From the sequence record SRR31156797_350: a stretch of 56,183 nucleotides of DNA. One strand, given 5' to 3'. A program made the translations under genes and the position numbers. This document shows positions 28,205-36,408 of the stretch, piece by piece. Below the pieces are notes generated by a model. It was not told the origin of the DNA. It made no database searches and saw only the letters and a program-made list of their open reading frames with translations. Within the stretch, counting starts at the first letter, position 1; each line of letters opens with the position of its first letter.

Positions 28205-29086
28205 ATGGCAAAAAAAAGCGCATTAGGAAGAGGTTTAGGAGCACTAATTGATGATGTTGAAGAAGTTCAGGCAAAAAACCCTGAGAGAAGCTTAAGTAAC
28301 GAAATTGAAATTTCTAAAATTGAAGCTAACCCATATCAACCTAGAACAAAGTTTGATGAAGAGGCTTTAAATGAGCTTGCTCAATCGATTAAGGAACTGG
28401 GTATTGTTCAACCAATTACTGTTCGTAAAATTAACAACAACTCTTACCAGCTTATTGCCGGGGAAAGACGTTACAGAGCTGCTAAAATTGCAGGACTAAC
28501 CAAAGTTCCTGTATACATTCGCATGGCTGAGGATGATAAAATGCTTGAATTAGCATTGGTAGAAAATATTCAGCGTGAAGATCTTGATTCTATTGAAGTT
28601 GCCATTTCGTATCAAAGGTTAATTGATGAATGTAAATTAACACAAGAAAGTTTATCTGATCGCGTTGGTAAAAAACGCTCAACCATATCCAACTATTTAC
28701 GACTACTAAGACTACCTGCCGAAATCCAAAAAGGAATTCGTGAGAAAAGACTACTAATGGGACACGCAAGAGCATTGGTAAATGTTGATGACCCAAAATC
28801 TCAATTGGACATTTTCCAATTGACTGTTGAAAATGATTTCTCTGTTCGAAAAGTAGAAGAATTGGTTCGCTCCCTTAATAATGGTGCTAAAGAGGAGAAA
28901 AAACCAGCCTCTAAAATCAATCTTCCGAAAGAATATGAATCATTAAAAGATCACTTATCGCAGCATTTTAAAGCTAAAGTTGATCTTAAGCGTACCAATA
29001 ATGGTAAAGGAAAAATTATTATTCCTTTTAAATCAGATGATGATCTTGAACGCATTTTAGCGGTTATGGATCAAATGAATTCGTAA
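28205..29086 (+). CDS. parB: Chromosome partitioning protein ParB/Spo0J
   Basis: ALGRGLGALI, NPYQPR, AGERRYRA, ENIQREDL and HTH. Confidence 0.96.
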   Translation: MAKKSALGRGLGALIDDVEEVQAKNPERSLSNEIEISKIEANPYQPRTKFDEEALNELAQSIKELGIVQPITVRKINNNSYQLIAGERRYRAAKIAGLTKVPVYIRMAEDDKMLELALVENIQREDLDSIEVAISYQRLIDECKLTQESLSDRVGKKRSTISNYLRLLRLPAEIQKGIREKRLLMGHARALVNVDDPKSQLDIFQLTVENDFSVRKVEELVRSLNNGAKEEKKPASKINLPKEYESLKDHLSQHFKAKVDLKRTNNGKGKIIIPFKSDDDLERILAVMDQMNS

Positions 29087-29114
29087 GATAGTTGAACAAT
29101 TAAAAAGTTTCAAA

Positions 29115-29783
29115 TTGAATAATTTACGCCCACTCCTGATAACAGGAGTCGTATTTCTTGCTATGCTTTTCACTAGTATTTTGAAGGTAGAAGCACAGCA
29201 ATTTACCGCTGACACAGTGCAAGTTGTTGAGTCGAATGTTAAAATTCATTCACCTCATAAGGCTACCATGTATTCGGTTATTTTGCCCGGATTAGGTCAG
29301 GCTTACAATAAAAAATACTGGAAAATTCCAATTCTTTACGCTGGAATTGGTGCTACCATTTACGCAATTAATTGGAACACGAAAAATTTCAAGAGATACA
29401 AAAATGGGTTCAAAGATTTTTCCAATTATTACGATTTTAAATATCAAGATCCTGACTTGGAAACTCCAATTGATGAACCTTCTACCAAAAGATATGAGGA
29501 TCTTTATACCGATGGATTTGATTTTGAAAATTCAAGCTCAAGTTTCGACAGTTGGTTTAAAACACAATTGAAAAATAAAAAAGATTCATACAAACAAGAT
29601 CGGGATCTTAGCTATATCATTTTAGCAGGAGTTTACGTATTAAATATCATTGATGCAGCAATTGATGCACATTTTACCAATTTTAACGTAAACGATAACT
29701 TAACCATTAGAGTTGAGCCTGCTGTTAGCTATTCAGCATTATCAGGCAATTCGCTTGGTTTTAGATGTCAAATTACATTTTAA
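29115..29783 (+). CDS. DUF5683 domain protein
   Basis: SPHKA..YS.ILPGLGQAYNKKYWKIP and NIIDA.IDAHF; usual position after parB. Confidence 0.8.
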   Translation: MNNLRPLLITGVVFLAMLFTSILKVEAQQFTADTVQVVESNVKIHSPHKATMYSVILPGLGQAYNKKYWKIPILYAGIGATIYAINWNTKNFKRYKNGFKDFSNYYDFKYQDPDLETPIDEPSTKRYEDLYTDGFDFENSSSSFDSWFKTQLKNKKDSYKQDRDLSYIILAGVYVLNIIDAAIDAHFTNFNVNDNLTIRVEPAVSYSALSGNSLGFRCQITF

Positions 29784-29797
29784 GACGAGAGAGAGAA

Positions 29798-31492
29798 ATG
29801 AGAAGAAAGAGATTTTTAATCCCCTGCATTTTATTGGGAACAGCATTTGCGTGCAGTACAATTAAACCTGTATCGCAAGAACAAAATAGCACAGAACCAG
29901 AAATAATTGCCGATAATACTTTATCTGAAATTGATACTCTTGTTACCGAAGTTGAAACTATTCTTCCTACAAAAGATATCGATACGCTAGCTTTTCTTAA
30001 ATTAAATATAGTTGATGTTCGAACAGATTTAGATGATGTTATCAATACTAGTTTTTCGAACAATTTGGATAGCTTGGTTCATTTATGGTATGTGAAAAAC
30101 TCCATTAAAACCAACGAATACACAAAAAGTAGTTCATACACTCCTGAAAAATTATCCGATTCGATTTATATTGAAAGGTTAGGACAAATTCCATCGTTAA
30201 TTGATTTATCTTACAACAAGATTGTTAAAAATTACATCAAGTTGTATTCTGAAAAAAGAAGATCTCAAGTCGAAATGATGATGGGAATGTCGGAATACTA
30301 CTTCCCTATTTTCGAAGAAATTCTTGATAAAGAAGGTTTACCTCAGGAATTAAAATATCTGCCAATAATTGAATCTGCATTAAATCCTAAAGCACTCTCA
30401 AGAGCTGGAGCAAGTGGTTTATGGCAATTCATGTATGGTACTGGTAGAATGTATAAATTGGATATCAATTCATTTGTTGATGAAAGAAGAGATCCTGTAA
30501 AAGCCAGCTATGCCGCAGTTAAGTATCTTAAAGATATGTACAAAGTATATGGTAACTGGCATTTGGTTATTGCTGCATACAATTGTGGTCCGGGGAATGT
30601 AAACAAAGCCATTCGCCGTAGTGGTGGAAAAAGAAACTATTGGGATATTTATTATCGATTACCTCGTGAAACTAGAGGATATGTGCCAGCTTTTATCGCA
30701 GCAATCTACACCTTTAATTATCACAAAGAGCACCAACTATTCCCTAAACCTTCGAGTTTACCAATAGCTTGTGATACATTAATGATAGATGAAACTTTGC
30801 ATTTTGATCAGATTTCAAATGTAATCAACATTCCTAAAGGACAATTAAGAGATCTGAATCCTCAGTATAGAGCAGATATTATTCCTGGAGGTAAAAAAGC
30901 TTATGCTTTAAAAATACCTTTGGAATACACATCAAAATTCATTGACCAACAAGATTCAATTTTTGCATATAAGAAGGATTACTACTTCAGTCAGAAAGAT
31001 AAAGTGGTGAATCCACGAGACAGATACCAGAAATTTGTTCATGTTACACCTAAAAATAAGGCTAAGGTATATTATAAAGTAAAGCCGGGCGATGCTGTTG
31101 GACTAATCGCATCGTGGTTTCATGTGCGAACATCAGATCTTAGGTACTGGAATAATATTAGACGAAATTTGATTAAAGTCGGTCAAAAACTCGTTGTCTA
31201 CGTACCTAAAAACAAAGCCGCTTTTTACAAAGATTTTAATAGCATGAGCTATACTCAAAAGCAAGCGACCTTAGGTAAAACAAGTACTCCTAAAAAAACC
31301 ACAACTACAACAAAACCAGTTCAATTTGATGGATCATATATTTATTATACCGTGCGAAGAGGAGATAATTTTTGGACAATAGCTAAAAAATTTCCTGGTA
31401 TTTCGAATTACGATATCATGAAAATGAACAACATTACGAATGCCAAAAATTTAAAGGTGGGTCAGAAGCTTAAGATTAAACCCAAGAGTTAA
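29798..31492 (+). CDS. mltD: MltD-like lytic transglycosylase lipoprotein with LysM domains
   Basis: Lipobox AFAC; IIESAL, ASGLWQFM, AAYNCG and ETRGYV; two C-terminal LysM repeats. Confidence 0.88.
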   Translation: MRRKRFLIPCILLGTAFACSTIKPVSQEQNSTEPEIIADNTLSEIDTLVTEVETILPTKDIDTLAFLKLNIVDVRTDLDDVINTSFSNNLDSLVHLWYVKNSIKTNEYTKSSSYTPEKLSDSIYIERLGQIPSLIDLSYNKIVKNYIKLYSEKRRSQVEMMMGMSEYYFPIFEEILDKEGLPQELKYLPIIESALNPKALSRAGASGLWQFMYGTGRMYKLDINSFVDERRDPVKASYAAVKYLKDMYKVYGNWHLVIAAYNCGPGNVNKAIRRSGGKRNYWDIYYRLPRETRGYVPAFIAAIYTFNYHKEHQLFPKPSSLPIACDTLMIDETLHFDQISNVINIPKGQLRDLNPQYRADIIPGGKKAYALKIPLEYTSKFIDQQDSIFAYKKDYYFSQKDKVVNPRDRYQKFVHVTPKNKAKVYYKVKPGDAVGLIASWFHVRTSDLRYWNNIRRNLIKVGQKLVVYVPKNKAAFYKDFNSMSYTQKQATLGKTSTPKKTTTTTKPVQFDGSYIYYTVRRGDNFWTIAKKFPGISNYDIMKMNNITNAKNLKVGQKLKIKPKS

Positions 31493-31509
31493 GATAAAAA
31501 AAATACAAT

Positions 31510-31542
31510 AAAAAAAAGCGAAGAATTATCTTCGCTTTTTTT
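31510..31542 (+). terminator. Intrinsic terminator after mltD
   Basis: A8-GCGAAGA-ATTA-TCTTCGC-T-tract. Confidence 0.88.
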
Positions 31543-31737
31543 GTGTCAATTATCAACAAGTATATCTGTTTTATTCACAAACTTTTTCTGATTTATTTAT
31601 AAGCTTTTTAAATTAAATCTTATCATTTAACCTTATCCTTTAATTATCTACGACTTACAAATACGACACTCTTTACAACAGTGTATATTCTTATTTTTTT
31701 TTGATATGTCGTTTGAATATAATTAAATTGCTTTCGA

Positions 31738-31858
31738 TAAATAAAAATCAACTTTTGTTGTTTTTATTTGTTCCCCGATTCATTGATATGCTAATTAGCT
31801 TCCGGTGTACCCCTCCCCGGGAAAACCGGAAGTCGGGAACAACTTCCTGATTTTGTTT
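31738..31858 (+). ncRNA. Candidate orphan structured small RNA
   Basis: Promoter-like TTTG-N20-TAAATTGC upstream; nested GC-rich stems with a C-rich loop; terminal hairpin plus T tract; no downstream + strand gene. Confidence 0.45.
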
Positions 31859-33371
31859 ATTTTATAAAACCTGGTCGCATTCTTTTTGCTCTCCTAATAC
31901 TTCGTTGTCTAAATCGTATTAAGCCATAAACAATTAGCATTATTACGGGAATCAGAAAATTAAAATATTTAATCAAGAATACTTTTCCATCAGACAACTT
32001 ATTAATCGGTCTAGAATTCACTCCTTTAGTTCTTAAACTCATTAAACCAGAATCATCAGACAGCCAATCAACAGCATTTGCAAAAAAGTTGATATTGTCC
32101 TTTTGAATAGCAATCTTACTTTGTCCAAGACCATTCACAATAAAATTACCATCACCTACCAAACAAATCTTAGCTTCTTTTTCTCCCCCCATGAAACCTT
32201 TTAGCGTTGCTGCCAATGTTAAATCTGGATAAAGAAAATCCTGAGTTCTCCATGATCGTCCGATATTAAAACTAATTGGAGCTTTTAATTTACCTGAAAT
32301 CTTAGATGTATATGCTAAAGGTTGGTAATCTAAAATAGTATCACCAACATAAGTAATCGGACTTGCAAATTGCATAATCATTGTCTCAATTCCATCTGTA
32401 ATACTATGATTCTCAAAATTAGAGACCACAGGAAGGAATGGAAAATTCACTTGCTTAGGAAAAGAGAAAAATCCTTGCTGCTGAACGGTAACCGTACCAC
32501 ACTGTTTATCAACAATAAACGAATCTTCAACATATAATCCTTTTTTCTCCAACCATCTTTCTAAACCAGTATTTACACTAACTCCAATACCATCGTTAAG
32601 CATTCCATTTACTCGTTCCATGGCAATCATCAAACTACCACCTTGTGCTAAATAAGAGTCGAGTCGACCTAATTGAGTACTTGAAATAGTACCCGTTGGT
32701 CCCAATAATATTAAAGATTTATATTGATTTAGATCCGGTTCAGATAAAAGGTGGATTGGCTTGATATCGTATAGGATAGTAAGCTCATTTATAACCTGTT
32801 CAACAGCGGCTAATGCTGGCTCTCCATGTCCCATAATGTAGCCAATCTGAGGTTTATCAACTATTGTTAATCGTTTTATAAGCGTAGATAAGGTATATTC
32901 CATAGCAATACCCGGTTTAATCAATGGTATTGCCTCAAACTGATCACCAACCTGAATTACCATACCTAGAAAAACTCTCTGTACTTTCAGTTGATCTTTT
33001 TCACGAATTTCTAAGGGAACCGGGTGAATACCAGCATCGATGGCTTCTTGTTCCAGTTCTTCATTATTGTTTGGATTAATGTATTCAAAATCTATTTTTC
33101 GTTTACTATAATGATTGTATTCCGTTAGCAAATTCTTAAGATCCTGCACAGATCTATTTACATCGGGAGGAAGATCATCCGAAATGTATAAAGTGATAAT
33201 TATAGATTCATCAACTTCTCGTAAAATTCGCTTCGTTGAACGATCAAGTGTATATCTTTTATCTTCCGTGAAATCAGCACGCAAAAAGAACATTGAAGAC
33301 AATGAATTCAGAATAATGATAAATCCTGCAAGAGTAAGAATACTGTAAATTATATTTTTCCTTTTCACCAT
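31857..33371 (-). CDS. gldG: GldG-family ABC transporter auxiliary protein
   Basis: R.DFTEDKRYTL, EYINP, GHGE, GDGNF and NAVDWL motifs; N- and C-terminal TM helices. Confidence 0.85.
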   Translation of the reverse strand: MVKRKNIIYSILTLAGFIIILNSLSSMFFLRADFTEDKRYTLDRSTKRILREVDESIIITLYISDDLPPDVNRSVQDLKNLLTEYNHYSKRKIDFEYINPNNNEELEQEAIDAGIHPVPLEIREKDQLKVQRVFLGMVIQVGDQFEAIPLIKPGIAMEYTLSTLIKRLTIVDKPQIGYIMGHGEPALAAVEQVINELTILYDIKPIHLLSEPDLNQYKSLILLGPTGTISSTQLGRLDSYLAQGGSLMIAMERVNGMLNDGIGVSVNTGLERWLEKKGLYVEDSFIVDKQCGTVTVQQQGFFSFPKQVNFPFLPVVSNFENHSITDGIETMIMQFASPITYVGDTILDYQPLAYTSKISGKLKAPISFNIGRSWRTQDFLYPDLTLAATLKGFMGGEKEAKICLVGDGNFIVNGLGQSKIAIQKDNINFFANAVDWLSDDSGLMSLRTKGVNSRPINKLSDGKVFLIKYFNFLIPVIMLIVYGLIRFRQRSIRRAKRMRPGFIK

Positions 33372-33382
33372 AAGTTTACGAA

Positions 33383-34108
33383 TTAAACATGCAGATTTCG
33401 ATTAGACAATATCTGTTTAGAAGTATACAAACAGAAAAATACAATTGATAAAAAATAGATAATATCCTTGGTATCCACCACACCACGTGTAATGGATTCG
33501 AAATGTGTTGAAAGGCTGATGTAGCTACATAAATTGCCAGTAAAACCAACAAAATTAGCAGCTAAAACATCGAATATTATATGAAAAAATATCCCTATAG
33601 ATAAACCTGACAATGATGCAACAATAGGATTCGAAAACAAACAACTTGTTAGCAATCCAATACTAATATAAACCATACTCATTAGAAGTAAACCAACATA
33701 ACCAAGCAGAATAGCAGAATGATCGACAGGACCAATAGACCAAAGTGTAAAGTAATAAACAACAGTTGGAGCTAAGGCGATTACTATTAAAAGTAAGGTG
33801 GAAAGAAATTTTCCCAATATCAATTGCCAATCGCTAACTGGCTTGGTAAGCAATAATTCCAAAGTACCTTCGGTTAATTCTCCAGCGATTGATTTCATAG
33901 TTAAAGCTGGAATAAAAATAAAAAGACTCCAATATGCAACCGTAAAAAAAGTATTCAAATTAGCCTGCCCCACAAAGAATACATCTGCACCATAAACCCA
34001 GGTAAAAAAACCACTGAATCCAAGAAAGATCACAATTAAAACATAAGCAGTGAGTGAATCAAAAAATGTATTCAGTTCGCGAGTAGCGATATGTAAGATT
34101 TGCTTCAT
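33383..34108 (-). CDS. gldF: GldF-family ABC-2 permease
   Basis: REL..FF.S..AY, IPALTM and GTLELLLTKP...ILGKF motifs. Confidence 0.85.
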   Translation of the reverse strand: MKQILHIATRELNTFFDSLTAYVLIVIFLGFSGFFTWVYGADVFFVGQANLNTFFTVAYWSLFIFIPALTMKSIAGELTEGTLELLLTKPVSDWQLILGKFLSTLLLIVIALAPTVVYYFTLWSIGPVDHSAILLGYVGLLLMSMVYISIGLLTSCLFSNPIVASLSGLSIGIFFHIIFDVLAANFVGFTGNLCSYISLSTHFESITRGVVDTKDIIYFLSIVFFCLYTSKQILSNRNLHV

Positions 34109-34114
34109 ACTTAT

Positions 34115-35044
34115 TTAATGAAGAGTTAATTCTCGGAAAATATCTTCCAATTTAGTTTCTGTTGGTGTTAATTCTGAAATATAGTAATTGTTTTGTACAC
34201 AAGCGTCGAATATTGCCTTTACCGAAGAAGTGTCAGCAATTGACTGTATTTCGAATATTTGCTTATCGGCATCAATAAAATCAACTGTTTCAATCGTTTC
34301 GATATTAACAAGACATTCAAAAATTTCATTCACATCACCACCTTGAACACCTAACTTTAAGATCTCATTACCTGCAGCTTGTTTTCTCAATTCCTCCGCT
34401 GTTCCATCAACAACAATTCTTCCGTTATTAATAATTAAAATTCTATCACAGGTTGCTTCAACTTCGGCAAGTATATGAGAACTCAATATTACCGTTTTCT
34501 CTTTTCCAATTCTTTTTATCAACTCACGAATTTCTACAATCTGATTGGGATCTAATCCTGTTGTAGGCTCATCTAAAATTAAAATTTCAGGATCGTGAAT
34601 TAATGCCTGTGCCAAACCAACTCTTTGCTGATAACCTTTTGATAATTCACTGATTAACTTGTGCTTCTCTCCTTCCAATCCACAAGTTCGAATCATATCC
34701 AATATTCGTTCAGGTATCAAATATTTCGGAACATCGTGAATCTTGGCTATGAACTCCAAAAAATCAATGATATTCATATCATCATACAAAGGGTTGTTTT
34801 CGGGTAAATAACCAATATTTTTCTTAATTGTACCCGGATGCTCATGAATTGAATAACCACCAACCTTTATATCACCTTCCTCAGGTATAATATAACAAGC
34901 AATAGCTTTCATTGTAGTTGTTTTTCCTGCGCCATTAGGACCCAAAAAGCCTAAAACTTCTCCTGCCTTAACGCGAAAAGACACATTATCTACAGCCTTT
35001 TGCGGACCATATCTTTTAGTCAAATGCTCAACAACAATATCCAT
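34115..35044 (-). CDS. gldA: GldA-family ABC ATPase
   Basis: GPNGAGKTT, GYLPENNPLY, LSKGYQQRVG, ILDEPT and SSH motifs. Confidence 0.88.
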   Translation of the reverse strand: MDIVVEHLTKRYGPQKAVDNVSFRVKAGEVLGFLGPNGAGKTTTMKAIACYIIPEEGDIKVGGYSIHEHPGTIKKNIGYLPENNPLYDDMNIIDFLEFIAKIHDVPKYLIPERILDMIRTCGLEGEKHKLISELSKGYQQRVGLAQALIHDPEILILDEPTTGLDPNQIVEIRELIKRIGKEKTVILSSHILAEVEATCDRILIINNGRIVVDGTAEELRKQAAGNEILKLGVQGGDVNEIFECLVNIETIETVDFIDADKQIFEIQSIADTSSVKAIFDACVQNNYYISELTPTETKLEDIFRELTLH

Positions 35045-35204
35045 AAACAAATAATATCTTTGGTTCTTAACAAATTTAAAAAATTCGAGACCTTTATGCT
35101 TCGGCTACTCTAGATTTAACAATTATTAACAAATTGATAAGGGTTGATAAAAATACAACAATCGAGAAAAGAAGTAAATTTGGGGCTTATTAAAATATAC
35201 AAGA

Positions 35205-35858
35205 ATGATAAAAGCTGTTATTTTCGATATGGATGGGTTGTTGATTAACTCAGAACCTTTTTGGCAAGAAAGTGAAACTAAGGTATTCAATTCACTTGGA
35301 ATTAAGACCAATAAGGCGATGTTCGAAAAATTCATGGGGAAAAGAATTGATGAAGTTGTTGATGTAATGTGGGAAATGCAGCAATGGAATGGAAAATCGA
35401 AAGAACAAGTCGTTATTGAAATTGTTGATAATGTAATTGAATTGGTTAGAAAAAAAGGAGAAGCCCTTCCTGGAGTACTTGATACTTTAAATTTATTCCA
35501 AAAATCCTCCTATAAAATAGGACTTGCATCTTCATCAAAGCTAAGAATAATTCAAGCTGTATTAGATAAACTTGCTATCAAATCATATTTTGAAGTTGTT
35601 CACTCTGCAGAATTTGAAGAATATGGTAAGCCTCATCCTCAAACCTTTATCTCTACAGCAAAAATGCTAAATGTAAAGCCCAATGATTGCCTTGTTTTTG
35701 AAGATTCTTTAAATGGTGTTATATCCGCTTTAGCAGCTAATATGAAATGTATTGCTATTCCAGAACAAGAAGCAACAAATCTGAATAAATTTATTATTGC
35801 TGATAAAACACTTAGCAGCCTGGAAGAATTTTCTATTAGCGATTTACAGTATTTATAA
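35205..35858 (+). CDS. HAD-family sugar phosphatase (HxpB/YniC-like)
   Basis: FDMDGLLINSEPFW, ASSS, GKPHP and FEDS motifs. Confidence 0.85.
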   Translation: MIKAVIFDMDGLLINSEPFWQESETKVFNSLGIKTNKAMFEKFMGKRIDEVVDVMWEMQQWNGKSKEQVVIEIVDNVIELVRKKGEALPGVLDTLNLFQKSSYKIGLASSSKLRIIQAVLDKLAIKSYFEVVHSAEFEEYGKPHPQTFISTAKMLNVKPNDCLVFEDSLNGVISALAANMKCIAIPEQEATNLNKFIIADKTLSSLEEFSISDLQYL

Positions 35859-36357
35859 TCGGCTCAAGTAATTTGATAAAATCGGGTAATTCCAAATTGC
35901 CCGAAACAATTTTATGTTTTGCCTGATGATAGAAAGGCAATCTATTCTGAAGATGTCTCTTGATGTACTCCAACAAATCATCTTGAGACAAATTCTTAAC
36001 CAGTGGTCGTTCCGTTTTAGATTCTGTTATTCTCTCTCTCAACAACTCTGGTGAGGCTTCGATATATAAAGTGGTACCCAAAGAGTTCATTATCTCCATA
36101 TTATTATTAAAACAGGGCGCACCTCCACCAGTGGAAATTATTGTGTTTTCTAAATCAGAAATGGAATATAAAGCTTCATTTTCACGTTTACGAAAACCAC
36201 TTTCATTAAATTTGGCAAATATCTCTGGAATAGATAAGTTTTCTCTTTCTTCAATCAAACTATCCAAATCAACAAAATTATAAGCATAGTAATCCGCAAT
36301 CATTTTACCCCAGCGTGACTTCCCGCAACCCATATATCCTATCAAAAATATTCGCAT
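35836..36357 (-). CDS. aroK: Shikimate kinase
   Basis: GYMGCGKS, DLD, FR..E, STGGG and RPL motifs. Confidence 0.93.
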   Translation of the reverse strand: MRIFLIGYMGCGKSRWGKMIADYYAYNFVDLDSLIEERENLSIPEIFAKFNESGFRKRENEALYSISDLENTIISTGGGAPCFNNNMEIMNSLGTTLYIEASPELLRERITESKTERPLVKNLSQDDLLEYIKRHLQNRLPFYHQAKHKIVSGNLELPDFIKLLEPIINTVNR

Positions 36358-36367
36358 AACAGTTACC

Positions 36368-36397
36368 AAATAAAAACAGGTACAATAAGTACCTGCT
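36368..36397 (-). terminator. Intrinsic terminator-like hairpin between parC and aroK
   Basis: Minus strand AGCAGGTAC-TTATT-GTACCTGTTTTTATTT. Confidence 0.6.
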
Positions 36398-36408
36398 CTG
36401 ATTATATT

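Noticed and set aside
31493-31737. oriC near parAB
   Set aside because: Only two DnaA-box-like sites, no clear unwinding repeats, and GC skew could not be computed.
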